Below, piece after piece: positions 37,504-47,316 of a DNA stretch of 64,000 nt. Numbering within the stretch: the stretch's first letter is position 1; each line of letters opens with the position of its first letter. A model generated the notes under the pieces. That model was given only the letters and a program-made list of their open reading frames with translations, made no database searches and had not been told where the DNA came from. Made by a program: the position numbers and the translations under genes. Source of the DNA: Alphaproteobacteria bacterium (GTDB taxonomy: Bacteria; Pseudomonadota; Alphaproteobacteria; UBA11073); assembly GCA_965246755.1 (NCBI GenBank), contig OZ251979.1, forward strand, positions 1,566,642 through 1,630,641, read 5' to 3'.

Positions 37504-38620
37504 TTAAACCCTATCTTCCTTCTTATCCACCCGGGCCGCCAATGCTGCGGCCATGAATTTGTCGAGGTCGCCGTCGAGGACGCCCTGGCTGTCCGTCGTT
37601 TCAACCTCGGTGCGCAAGTCTTTCACCATCTGGTAGGGATGCAGCACATAGGAACGGATCTGGCGGCCCCAACCGATCTCGGTTTTTTCGGCTTGATATT
37701 CAGCGAGGTTATCCTCGCGCTTTTTGAGCTCCAATTCATATAGGCGCGCGCGAAGCATTTGCATGACCATGACGCGGTTTTGGATTTGCGAGCGCTGCTG
37801 TTGCGACGCGACCACAATGCCGGTCGGGATGTGCGTCACGCGCACCGCGCTGTCCGTTTTATTAACATGCTGGCCGCCCGCACCCTGCGCGCGATAGGTG
37901 TCAACGCGCAAATCTTTATCGAGGATTTCAACGTCAATCGTATCGTCAATCTCTGGCGAGACCAGCACTGCCGCAAAGCTGGTATGCCGCCGCGCGTTAC
38001 TGTCAAAGGGCGAAATACGCACCAACCGGTGCACCCCGGCCTCGGTCTTTAACCAGCCATAGGCATTATGCCCCACGAACTGCACGGTGGCGGATTTTAT
38101 ACCGGCGCCATCGCCATCAATTTTGTCTATCAATTCAACTTTATAATTATGTGCTTCACCCCAGCGCAGATACATGCGCAGCAGCATGTCAGCCCAGTCT
38201 TGGGCCTCCGTGCCGCCACTGCCAGAATTAATTTCGAGATAGGCGTTGTTGGCGTCCGCCTCCCCCGACAATAGCGTTTCCAGTTCACGGCGCGCTGATG
38301 TTTGCTGCAGGCTAATGATCACCTGTTCGGCTTCGCGCACGATACCGGCGTCGCCCTCGGCTTCGCCCAGCTCAATCATCTCCGCCGCATCGCGTAAGTC
38401 GGTTTCCATTTGACTAATATTATTGAGCACAGTTTCCAGTTTAGCTTTGTCACGCATCACGCTTTGCGCGCGTTTGGCGTCCAACCATAAATCCGGATTT
38501 TCACTTTGCGAGGTTAAATCACGCAGACGATAGCATGCGGCATCCCAGTCAAAGATGCCTCCTCAGCAATGATATGCATTGCTCTACTTTATGTTTTGCA
38601 CTTATTATTTCTGCACGCAT
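37504..38620 (-). CDS. prfB: Peptide chain release factor 2, with programmed +1 ribosomal frameshift
   Basis: Frame 0 reads [23 protein letters not shown] then stop at CTT TGA C; the +1 frame continues [29 protein letters not shown]... through the SPF motif and GGQHVN. Confidence 0.85.
38548..38554 (-). promoter_or_regulatory. prfB +1 frameshift site CTT TGA C with an upstream internal SD-like AGGAGG
   Basis: Minus-strand sequence gctgAGGAGGcatCTTTGACtgg; classic autoregulatory RF2 recoding signal. Confidence 0.85.
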
Positions 38621-38681
38621 AGGTTGAAACGATCTGTTAAGCTTTTCGCGGTAAGTTTTTTTAAGTACTGGAGATGTATCA

Positions 38682-40634
38682 ATGACGCTTCGAAATTTCA
38701 AGCCAACGCTGCCGAATATCATCGTGCCGGTCATTGCATTGCTGTTGCTGACCTTTGTTGGCGTTGGCCTGATCATGACACACGCCGTCAATATCCTGGA
38801 TGATCAGTATAACAAGGCGCGCATTAAATCGGTGGAAGCGGTTTTAAAAATGCAGACTGAAAAGGTTGCCGAAAGTTTGGCCAGCTATGCCTATTGGGAC
38901 GACAGCGTCGAACATTTCATTTTAAAATATGATCCGAAGTGGGCCAAAGATGTCATCGGCGATATCGTGCCCGAACAACAAAGCATTGAATATATTTTAG
39001 TTTATAATCCGCAAGGCAAAATCATCTACACCTATCCGGATAAGATTACCGATCAAATCCTGCTGGACAATGCCAAATACGCGGTCGATAATTTGCACGA
39101 AACGATGCATTACAATCCGCAGCGCGTTTTTACCGCGGTCAACCTGTCGCAGGACCGCAAAGTTGAAGTGCTGGCGGCTACTTTTATCCGGGGCCATGAA
39201 AAAAATTATCCTGATTTTGCCGAACAGGGTATTATGGTTTTCGTTAACAAAGTCCAAGACGATGAAGAAGTCGCCACGCTCGAAGAACAAATGTGGGTAT
39301 CCGACCTGCGGGTGGAAAATTACGCGCCGTCCAATACCCCATCCATCCGGTTGCGTAATCCCAATCAGGATACAATCGGTTATCTGACCTGGACGCACGT
39401 GCCGCTATCACGCGAGCTGTTACGCGTCACCGCCATCCCCGTGACGATTGGCTTTATACTTATTATGCTGGCCGGTTACATCATTTTGACGCGCAGCCGC
39501 CGCGCCATTACCGGTCTGGTAGAAAGCGAAGCCAATATTCGTTACATGGCGGCGGGCATTGATGCCGCCAACGCGCCGATTGCAATTATCAGCACGGTCG
39601 ATCAGACCTATCCGTTCATTTATATCAATCCGGCATTTCGCGCGCTGACCGGTTATCATTTTGATGAAATCCACCGAGCAAGTCTGGACATTCTAAACGG
39701 CTTTGCAACCGCGCCGGAGGTGCCGCAAATCTGGCGTGAGGCGATACGCAATTTGCAGAGCGCCAAATATGAAAGCCTTTATTACCGTAAGGATAAAAGC
39801 AGCTTTTGGGGTGAAATTAATCTGTCACCCATTTTCGACCAGCGCAATTCCATGATCGGTTATGTGTTGCAGATGCGCGATATTTCGATTGAGCGCCGCG
39901 AGCATGATGTCAAAATCCATCGCGACAAAATGCTGTCGCTGGGACAAATGGTAGGTGGCGTCGCGCATGAAATTAATAACCTGATGCAACCGGCCCTGAC
40001 TTTCTCGCAAATCACTATGAATAAATTACCTGAAGGCGACCTGGAAAACCGCGATCATCTGAATAATGTAGTCGATTGCTGCCGCCGCGTGATTGCGATT
40101 ATCAAAAATATGATGACTTTTTCGCGCCAGGGCGAAACCACGTTGACTGCACAGCCGTTGGGCCCATTGGTGCTGCGTGATCTAGCGGTCGTGCGCGAAC
40201 TGATGCCGCAAACTTTGACGATTATTGATGACAACCTGTCACTGTATCAAATCCCTGTAAAAGTGAATGAGTGCCAGGTGGCGCAACTGCTGTCCAATAT
40301 ACTGCTTAATTCCGTATGGGCGACCGACCGTACCGGCACTGTCAAAATATCACTGGAAACCAAAGCCGTCGCCGGCAACCAGGCCGACAGCATGCTGCTA
40401 TCACCTGGCAATTACGCAGTGCTAACCATCGCCGATGATGGCGTGGGTATGGATGACGCAACAATGGCACGTATCTTTGAGCCATTCTTTTCAGCGCGGC
40501 CTATCGGCCAAGGAGTCGGGCTGGGCTTGTCAATTGTATACAGCATCGTCAAAACCTGGCATGGCGCGATTAAAGTGACATCAGCACCCGGTCAAGGCGC
40601 GCGCTTTGACATTTATATTCCAGTTGAGACCTAA
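38682..40634 (+). CDS. Sensor histidine kinase (two TM segments, periplasmic domain, PAS, HisKA, HATPase)
   Basis: H-box GGVAHEINNLMQP; G-boxes in the C-terminal HATPase_c. Confidence 0.85.
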   Translation: MTLRNFKPTLPNIIVPVIALLLLTFVGVGLIMTHAVNILDDQYNKARIKSVEAVLKMQTEKVAESLASYAYWDDSVEHFILKYDPKWAKDVIGDIVPEQQSIEYILVYNPQGKIIYTYPDKITDQILLDNAKYAVDNLHETMHYNPQRVFTAVNLSQDRKVEVLAATFIRGHEKNYPDFAEQGIMVFVNKVQDDEEVATLEEQMWVSDLRVENYAPSNTPSIRLRNPNQDTIGYLTWTHVPLSRELLRVTAIPVTIGFILIMLAGYIILTRSRRAITGLVESEANIRYMAAGIDAANAPIAIISTVDQTYPFIYINPAFRALTGYHFDEIHRASLDILNGFATAPEVPQIWREAIRNLQSAKYESLYYRKDKSSFWGEINLSPIFDQRNSMIGYVLQMRDISIERREHDVKIHRDKMLSLGQMVGGVAHEINNLMQPALTFSQITMNKLPEGDLENRDHLNNVVDCCRRVIAIIKNMMTFSRQGETTLTAQPLGPLVLRDLAVVRELMPQTLTIIDDNLSLYQIPVKVNECQVAQLLSNILLNSVWATDRTGTVKISLETKAVAGNQADSMLLSPGNYAVLTIADDGVGMDDATMARIFEPFFSARPIGQGVGLGLSIVYSIVKTWHGAIKVTSAPGQGARFDIYIPVET

Positions 40635-41212
40635 CGTACTACGCCGCCTAGTTTATTTTTAACCGAATTTGTCATCAGGCGGTTCAATTCATCCAACATG
40701 GCAAGATTCATGTTATGCCAGCCTTCATCACGCGCACTGAGCGCAATCGACTCTTTGGTCTGCATTGTGCGAATGACTTTCACCGCCGCAAAGGGCGTAT
40801 TCTCATATTTAGGCGAGGTAATTTCGATCCGTACCTGTACCAGCATGTCATACTGCTTATCCACAGTATCGTTAAACATATTGGCAAAGGCGTTATCATT
40901 GCCGGACTTGATGTCTTTTTGTACAACACTAGCGTTTTCAATAATAATTTTAGCAACGCCAATACTGCCTACTGCTTGGAAACGGCGCCCCGCCCAATCC
41001 CGCACCACGACATACGGCGGCACGACAAATTGCTGTTCAACATGGGGTGCCTGCATAGGCGGAATGTAAGAATTCACAATTTGAATTTCGCGGACGTCTA
41101 GCCGCGTCACACCATATTTTTCATAATTGGGCGGCTGCAGTTCCGGCAGCGCGCCGACGCTGGCACAAGCGGCTAGTAGAAATGCCATACCGGCGATAAT
41201 AATGAGGCGCAT
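40631..41212 (-). CDS. Hypothetical lipoprotein downstream of the OMF gene
   Basis: Lipobox LLAACAS; start set at MRLIII (AGGAG SD upstream); family uncertain (possibly YmbA/PqiC-like auxiliary lipoprotein, weak). Confidence 0.5.
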   Translation of the reverse strand: MRLIIIAGMAFLLAACASVGALPELQPPNYEKYGVTRLDVREIQIVNSYIPPMQAPHVEQQFVVPPYVVVRDWAGRRFQAVGSIGVAKIIIENASVVQKDIKSGNDNAFANMFNDTVDKQYDMLVQVRIEITSPKYENTPFAAVKVIRTMQTKESIALSARDEGWHNMNLAMLDELNRLMTNSVKNKLGGVVR

Positions 41213-41225
41213 CGGTAACTCCTGA

Positions 41226-42794
41226 TTAATGAATGACGGTGACAATATCACCATTCTTATTTTCTTGAATTACTTCGGGACTTGCCGCCACGGCCACACC
41301 TGCTGTCGGCAGAATAACTGATTTGGGCGGTGGTGCATCAGCGACTGTACCGATTGTTTGCGGCGCGGCGGCCTGAGCTTCCGGCAGCACGCCCTGCCAA
41401 CCGCCGCCCACCGCCTTATATAATGTAACCAACGTATTGGCGACATCGGCCTGGGCCTGGATCACATCCAGCTGCCCTGTGGCATAAGTCCGCGTGGCGT
41501 CCGACACTTCCAGATAACTTGATAATCCGCTTTTATATTTGGCCTGCACCAGGGTTAAACTTTGCTGACGTGCGCTGGCGGCCTTGACCAAGGTTTCATA
41601 ACGGTTGATCGAGGCCAGATGATCGGATAACGCGGTTTCCACGTCCGCCAGCGCACCGATCACGGTGTGCTGATAGGTTAAAAATGCGGCTTCGGCATTG
41701 GCATCTGATACATCGATATCGGCGCGGATGCGGCCAAAGTCCACCAGCGGCGCCACCAGCCCGCCACCAAACGACCAACTTTGCGCGGCGGTATTGAACA
41801 AATTGCCGGTACGGAACGATTGCCAGCCAAACGCCAGCGGCAGCGAGATTTTGGGATAATATTGTGCGGCGGCAACTTGCTGTACCTGTGTTGCTGATGC
41901 CAAGGCATGTGCCGCAGCGCGGATATCCGGCCGCGCTGCCACCACAGACGCTGGCGCGGTTAGTGTAAAGCCGGATGGCACCTGCGGAATATCAGCTTTA
42001 TTGATGGTCAGTTGCGCCAAGGTACCCGGCAAGCCGCCCAATAATACTTCTAAACGATGCGTAGTGGCAATTTGCGCTGCCTCCAACGCCGGGCGGGTCG
42101 CACGCGATGTATCCAGATCAGCTTGGGTGCGCGCAACATCCAGACCGCTGGACAGGCCGGCAGTTTGCCGTGCGGTGGTTAAATTAACCGTGCTTTGCAA
42201 AGCGCCAATGACATCATCGGTCGTTGCAATCGACGCCTGCAAACGGCGCAGTTCAATGTAATTGCGCGCAACCTCTCCCAATACGGATACCAGTACACTA
42301 CGCTGTGCCTCTTCCTGAAACTTGATTTGCTCTTCAGCGGCTTTTAACGCCGGATCCACCTGGAAAATATTGAATTCCCAACTGGCATCCAGGTTAACCG
42401 TATAAAGATTGCGCGCCTGGCCGATAGCATTGCCGAACCCGCCGGAGTTGCCATAAAAATATTCAGAGGTTTTGGCGCGCTGATAAACCGTATTGAGATT
42501 GACCTGTGGCAAAAATCCGGCCTGGGTTGACAGTAAATCCGCCCGCGCAGTGCGCACGCGGATGGCCGCGAGTTTAATATCCTGATTATTCTTGATGGCC
42601 TTAGCGACCAGATCGTTCAATACCGGATCATTCAGCTTTTGCCACCACGCCGCCTGCAGCACACTATCGCCGGCCTGCGGCGCCTGGGTTTGCCAGGCTT
42701 GTGGTACCGGCTGATCCGCAGTGGTGAAGACCGGCTGGTCAACACAAGCCGTTAACAAAGATGTCGCCAGCAAAAGCCCGCAGATACGTTTCAT
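41226..42794 (-). CDS. Efflux outer-membrane factor lipoprotein, NodT/OprM family
   Basis: Lipobox LLTAC; two OEP repeats with coiled-coil segments; start set at MKRICGLL. Confidence 0.8.
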   Translation of the reverse strand: MKRICGLLLATSLLTACVDQPVFTTADQPVPQAWQTQAPQAGDSVLQAAWWQKLNDPVLNDLVAKAIKNNQDIKLAAIRVRTARADLLSTQAGFLPQVNLNTVYQRAKTSEYFYGNSGGFGNAIGQARNLYTVNLDASWEFNIFQVDPALKAAEEQIKFQEEAQRSVLVSVLGEVARNYIELRRLQASIATTDDVIGALQSTVNLTTARQTAGLSSGLDVARTQADLDTSRATRPALEAAQIATTHRLEVLLGGLPGTLAQLTINKADIPQVPSGFTLTAPASVVAARPDIRAAAHALASATQVQQVAAAQYYPKISLPLAFGWQSFRTGNLFNTAAQSWSFGGGLVAPLVDFGRIRADIDVSDANAEAAFLTYQHTVIGALADVETALSDHLASINRYETLVKAASARQQSLTLVQAKYKSGLSSYLEVSDATRTYATGQLDVIQAQADVANTLVTLYKAVGGGWQGVLPEAQAAAPQTIGTVADAPPPKSVILPTAGVAVAASPEVIQENKNGDIVTVIH

Positions 42795-42888
42795 GGTAAA
42801 CCTTGAGGCGTAGGAAAGTGCCCCGCCGTGCCTCAACTATATAAGCATGTTAACGATAAAGGTAAATAATACGAAAAACAACTTTTCG

Positions 42889-43981
42889 TCATTCGTTCGG
42901 CAGTGTGACATCGTCATTTAAATTCGGCAGCAGCAGCGCGCCGCGGTTTTGTTTATCATGAATTTCAGCAACGGTTTGTTGCAAATTCCAAATTCGTTCC
43001 GCCGTGGCCGGATGGCTGCTGCCGTCGCGTAATGTCTCCGGCGCGTCATAGGCCATCTTTTGCATGGCAGTGATAGCGCCTTCCGGGTCAAACCCGGCAC
43101 GCGCAGCCAGATAAGCGCCCACATAATCCGCTTCACGTTCATAGGCCTGTTCAAACACTGCATCATTTATGTTTGCCCCAACATTGCCGCCCGCGGTATG
43201 AACGCCGCCCAAAGCTCCGCCAAGATTAACCATGCTGCTGATAATTTTACTTAGTAGCGTGCTGATAACACCGCGTTGGGGATGTTCAAACAAATTATGT
43301 GCCAGCTCATGGCCAACCACACCAGCTAGCTCATCATCGCCTTGCATCATATTCATCATCGATGGACTAACCCGTATGAGCCAGCCATTCGCATCGGCAT
43401 TCAACGCTTTATTGCGCTCATCAATTTTGAAGCCATAAGCGCATTTGAAAACCGGCACGATAGTTACCTTAACCTGCTTGCTTGTTTCAACATGCGTGAC
43501 CGTCAAGCTAACTGGATGATTTTGCCGCGCATCATGTTGCAAACGACGCATAACCTGCATTGCGCCGCGGTGGCCTTGGTCGACCGGTACTTCATCAATA
43601 GCATAAACCTTATCATTGTATTGGATCTGTTCGGTTTGGCCAGGTGCAGTTTCAGCGTTTGGTACTGTAATAACCGGCTGGGCATGCCCGCGGTTTTACC
43701 CGCAACAGAAACGACCGCATGACATAACGGCCGCACATATCACGATTGGCTACCAATAAACGGTTGGCAATCACCGCCAATCGGTCGGCGCGCGCATAAC
43801 GTTCGTCAGTCATTTGGTTGTCATCAAAATCCAATGGTGGCGTATCCAACGTTTCAATTTCGAAGGCATCAGCAGTCTGTTCCGTCATCTCGGTGGTTGC
43901 TTCAGGATATTTTGTGCGCGTGCCACAGGCCGACAGCAACAGTGAGATCAGACAGAGACAAGTAAAGTTTTTTGCGCGCAT
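42889..43981 (-). pseudogene. M48-family metallopeptidase lipoprotein interrupted by a +1-nt frameshift in a T4 run (43694-43697); candidate pseudogene or sequencing error
   Basis: N-terminal piece (43981..43652, lipobox LLSAC) and C-terminal piece (HELAHN Zn motif) are in different frames; removing one T from the T4 run restores a single ~364-aa ORF. Confidence 0.5.
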
Positions 43982-44109
43982 TATTATGTTTCGTTTACAT
44001 AATTTTTATATGCCATGCGTGCTGTTTTTGCACATGTATAATGCAACTGTGCAATCTGTTAAAAAAATGCTAGATTCGTTGCCTAAAACTTGAACAGGAG
44101 AATTTCAAG

Positions 44110-44775
44110 ATGGCAACTCAGAACAAAAATAATCTTTTATCCGAAATCACTGACGGTCTTGGCGATGCAATGGACGCATTCCAAAAACGTTGGGCGGACG
44201 GCGCCGGTACGGGACGCGGCAAATCTGCCAGCAAATCGTCAAGCCGCAGCACCTCCAGCCGGACTGGCGCGCGCAAAACCACTGCAAAAAAATCCAGCAC
44301 CGGCACGCGCAGCACAACTGCAAAAAAACCGACCGCTAAAAAATCAACGGCCAAAAAAACCACTGCCAAAAAATTAACTGCTGGCCGTAAAGCGACTACC
44401 ACCGCGCGCAAGGCAACCACTGCTGCCAAACGCAGCACAACTGCCACCCGCAAAACCGGCAGCGGCACGGCGCGTAAATCTGGTACTGCCGCACGCAGCA
44501 CCGCAAAAAAATCCACGGTGCGCAAGTCAACTGCCGGTAAGGCTACCAGCCGCACTGCCGGCAGCAAAGCCGCTGCCCGCAAGTCAACTGGCAGCAAAAC
44601 AACTGCACGTAAATCAACTACAAGTCGCAGCAGCACGACAGGACGTAAAGCCACCACTGCGGCACGCAAAGCAGTTTCAACTGCGAAACGTGCTATTGGT
44701 CGTGCAACGACTGGCCGTAAAACCGCTGGTCGCCCGTCAACGGCAAGCCGCACCGGTAGCAGCCGCAGCAGATAA
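44110..44775 (+). CDS. Histone-H1-like, highly basic low-complexity protein (A/T/K/R/S repeats)
   Basis: 221 aa; after a ~40-aa N-terminal region the rest is (A/T)(K/R)K(S/T)T-type repeats; followed by a strong terminator. Confidence 0.6.
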   Translation: MATQNKNNLLSEITDGLGDAMDAFQKRWADGAGTGRGKSASKSSSRSTSSRTGARKTTAKKSSTGTRSTTAKKPTAKKSTAKKTTAKKLTAGRKATTTARKATTAAKRSTTATRKTGSGTARKSGTAARSTAKKSTVRKSTAGKATSRTAGSKAAARKSTGSKTTARKSTTSRSSTTGRKATTAARKAVSTAKRAIGRATTGRKTAGRPSTASRTGSSRSR

Positions 44776-44795
44776 TTTCATCTGTGATATTTTTA

Positions 44796-44825
44796 AAAAG
44801 CGGGCTGTGGCCCGCTTTTTTTTAT
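44796..44825 (+). terminator. Rho-independent terminator
   Basis: aaaaagcgggctgtggcccgc hairpin plus T9. Confidence 0.7.
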
Positions 44826-44878
44826 TCATAATATGCTATAAATTATGTGACTGTAATACACTAACGATTGAGATAGTA

Positions 44879-45382
44879 ATGTTAAAATGCACCAGCCTGT
44901 TAGTTATATTATTAATGATACTCGGCCAGCCGCTACATGCGGAGACGCGTGATATTGGCGCAATAAGCACCGCCTTTAAGTTAATCGGCCCCAATCATAA
45001 AATTATTATTACTGCCTTTGATGATCCTAAGGTGCATGGTGTCACCTGTTATGTGGCGCGGCCGCGCACCGGCGGCATCAAAGGCGGGCTGGGTCTGGCG
45101 GAAGATCCTTCTATCGCCAGCGTGTCATGCGCGCAAACCGGGCCGATTACATTTTTAGGCAAGATCGCCAGCGATGACAGTGGTGAAAAGGTGTTTGATG
45201 AAAGCCGCTCGCTAATTTTCAAATCCCTGCAAATCGACCGCCTGTATGACAAAGGCAACGGCAGTTTAATTTATGTCGCGCGTACGACGCGCATCATCGA
45301 AGGCTCGCCCACTACATCAATCTCTGTTGTGGCGCCAGCCAGCTGGAATAACGTGCAGCCGCAATCGGCACCGCTGAAATAA
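44879..45382 (+). CDS. creA: CreA-family periplasmic protein
   Basis: Signal peptide, then TAFKLIGPNHKIIITAFDDPKVHGVTCYVARPRTGGIKGGLGLAEDPS...IFKSLQIDRLYD typical CreA. Confidence 0.75.
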   Translation: MLKCTSLLVILLMILGQPLHAETRDIGAISTAFKLIGPNHKIIITAFDDPKVHGVTCYVARPRTGGIKGGLGLAEDPSIASVSCAQTGPITFLGKIASDDSGEKVFDESRSLIFKSLQIDRLYDKGNGSLIYVARTTRIIEGSPTTSISVVAPASWNNVQPQSAPLK

Positions 45383-45408
45383 TATTTAAAACTAATCTGC
45401 CATTAAAA

Positions 45409-45484
45409 TGGTGCCTGGGATTGGAATCGAACCAACGACACAGGGATTTTCAATCCCTTGCTCTACCGACTGAGCTACCCAGGC
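45409..45484 (-). tRNA. tRNA-Phe (GAA)
   Basis: 76 nt incl. CCA; acceptor GCCTGGG/CCCAGGC, anticodon loop TTGAAAA, T-loop GGTTCGATTCC. Confidence 0.9.
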
Positions 45485-45490
45485 ACATCG

Positions 45491-46075
45491 TCAAACGATG
45501 TAAGGTTTATAACCCAAGCCTTGCAGCAATTGCAAGGTTTCACGCAGCGGCAAACCGATAATATTTGAAATGGTGCCGTTGATTTGCGTGACGAAGGCTT
45601 CGGCGCGGCCCTGAATGGCATAGGTCCCGGCCACGCCCTGCCATTCGCCGCTATTCAGATACCAATCCAAATCAGCCTTGGTTAATTGTTTAAACTGCAT
45701 GGCGCTAATCCCCACCCGCTGCGCAATTTTGCCGCCGGGCGCGATAATGCACAGGCCGGTTAAAACGCGATGGCTGCGGCCGGACAATAATTTTAAAAAA
45801 CGTGCGGCTTCATCTCTATTCTTAGGCTTGCCCAAGATCCGCCGTCCGACTGCAACCGTGGTATCGGCGGCAATCACAAAGGCTTGCTCATGTTGTGCAT
45901 GGATGGCTTTTGCCTTGGCTAGCGCTATACGCGCGACATAGGCCGGCGGTAATTCATCCTTCAACGGTGTTTCATCAATATCGGCAGGAATGACCTGGTC
46001 CGGTACAATGCCAATCTGTGCAAGCAATTCCAAACGGCGCGGGGATGCGGAGGCAAGTATAAGCTGCTGCGGCAC
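45491..46075 (-). CDS. maf: Maf-like nucleoside triphosphate pyrophosphatase
   Basis: LILASASPRRLELLAQIGI... Confidence 0.8.
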   Translation of the reverse strand: MPQQLILASASPRRLELLAQIGIVPDQVIPADIDETPLKDELPPAYVARIALAKAKAIHAQHEQAFVIAADTTVAVGRRILGKPKNRDEAARFLKLLSGRSHRVLTGLCIIAPGGKIAQRVGISAMQFKQLTKADLDWYLNSGEWQGVAGTYAIQGRAEAFVTQINGTISNIIGLPLRETLQLLQGLGYKPYIV

Positions 46076-46076
46076 C

Positions 46077-46295
46077 TTATTTATGACGATAAATAACCCG
46101 GCCTTTGGTCAGGTCGTATGGCGTCATCTCAACCCGTACTTTGTCCCCCGCTAAAATACGAATGCGGTTTTTACGCATTTTTCCGGAGGTGTGCGCCAAA
46201 ATGGCATGGCCGTTCTCAAGCTCAACCCGAAACATCGCGTTGGGGAGCAGTTCCTTGACCACCCCGTCAAATTCAATCAAATCTTCTTTAGACAT
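46077..46295 (-). CDS. infA: Translation initiation factor IF-1
   Basis: 72 aa; [28 protein letters not shown]... Confidence 0.9.
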   Translation of the reverse strand: MSKEDLIEFDGVVKELLPNAMFRVELENGHAILAHTSGKMRKNRIRILAGDKVRVEMTPYDLTKGRVIYRHK

Positions 46296-46400
46296 AGCGC
46301 GGTTTTACGCGGCATAGCCTAGGATGACAAGCTAAATTAAGCCTTTAAAGGCTTTCTATAATTATGAAAGTAATAAAAAGTTTGCGCATGTAATTATTTA

Positions 46401-46799
46401 ATGATTAACTTAATAGATAAATCTAGGGAGATACAAATGAACCGGAGAGACCAGCTATTAAATGTTATTGGCATAATAGAAGATTATTTGAATTCTTTTG
46501 AATTTTGGGTGACCCGTGACGAAGACCTTACTTTGTTACTTAAGGCTGATAAGTGTTTTGAAAGCTTTCCCCGTCAAGAACAGGCTATTTTTAAAAAATT
46601 TGGTATTAATGTAACAGTAGAAGGAACTTTGTTGCGGTTGGATACGACGCAAGAAAATTTGAAAAGTAATCTTAGTAAGATGGTTTCTTATCGAGGAGGT
46701 TTTAATTGGGGACGCGTAAAAACTTTGCCAGAACCGCGACGAAATGATGCGCGTGTGTTTAGAAATGCTAGCCAATGGGGTGGCTGGGTTGGCCCTTAA
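46401..46799 (+). CDS. Hypothetical protein (AT-rich)
   Basis: 132-aa ORF in a low-GC patch; no family recognised. Confidence 0.3.
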   Translation: MINLIDKSREIQMNRRDQLLNVIGIIEDYLNSFEFWVTRDEDLTLLLKADKCFESFPRQEQAIFKKFGINVTVEGTLLRLDTTQENLKSNLSKMVSYRGGFNWGRVKTLPEPRRNDARVFRNASQWGGWVGP

Positions 46800-47276
46800 T
46801 CACCGCCGCTGCACCAGCAAGAACAACAGCGTATACAGCAACCGTGCCGTGCCAAGATCCATGGTCAGCTGCGGGGCGAGCTGTTGCATCACCATCTCCG
46901 CGCCTTCATTATGCATCGCGCGGCGGCCCATATCGATCGCCTCAATGCGCGCGCCAGGCGCCTGATGGCGCAGTGCCGAACCGTGCGCGCCAATAATCAT
47001 ATCATAATCCTGCATGATGCGTTTGAGCGGCGACATATAAATGGGAACGTCCAGCGGTTGTTCCAACAGCGGACCGCTCACATGCAGATGCAGCGCATGA
47101 TCAGTCAGGTCGAAAATAAAATTATAGGGTGGCGGGCCACCTTGCGAAAAGACCGCCGCACCTTCGCGGATTTCACCGCACACTGTTTCACAATCCTGGC
47201 GTAAGACATCGGGCAGGCGATCCAACGTGTTAGGCATGATGGTAACGGCGGTAAGACAGGTGCTGTTGAGGAACAT
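46800..47276 (-). CDS. UPF0262-family protein (possible alternative start at 47237)
   Basis: C-terminal ...RIEAIDMGRRAMHNEGAEMV... matches the conserved UPF0262 core; murA neighbourhood typical of alphaproteobacteria. Confidence 0.6.
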   Translation of the reverse strand: MFLNSTCLTAVTIMPNTLDRLPDVLRQDCETVCGEIREGAAVFSQGGPPPYNFIFDLTDHALHLHVSGPLLEQPLDVPIYMSPLKRIMQDYDMIIGAHGSALRHQAPGARIEAIDMGRRAMHNEGAEMVMQQLAPQLTMDLGTARLLYTLLFLLVQRR

Positions 47277-47316
47277 TAAAGTTTATAACAAAATATGTAT
47301 TACGCGCGAAGGACTT

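Noticed and set aside
38549-38791. 80-aa ORF upstream of prfB as an independent gene
   Set aside because: Only its last 23 codons are real: they are the frame-0 leader of prfB ending at the CTT TGA C recoding site.
43503-43736. 77-aa ORF spanning the M48 frameshift region
   Set aside because: It is a third-frame artefact across the junction of the split peptidase gene; a single-base correction explains the locus without it.
44118-44753. 211-aa reverse-strand ORF mirroring the H1-like gene
   Set aside because: Low-complexity repeat DNA is open on both strands. The forward ORF has a sensible N-terminus, an SD-like sequence and a terminator, so I kept the forward one.
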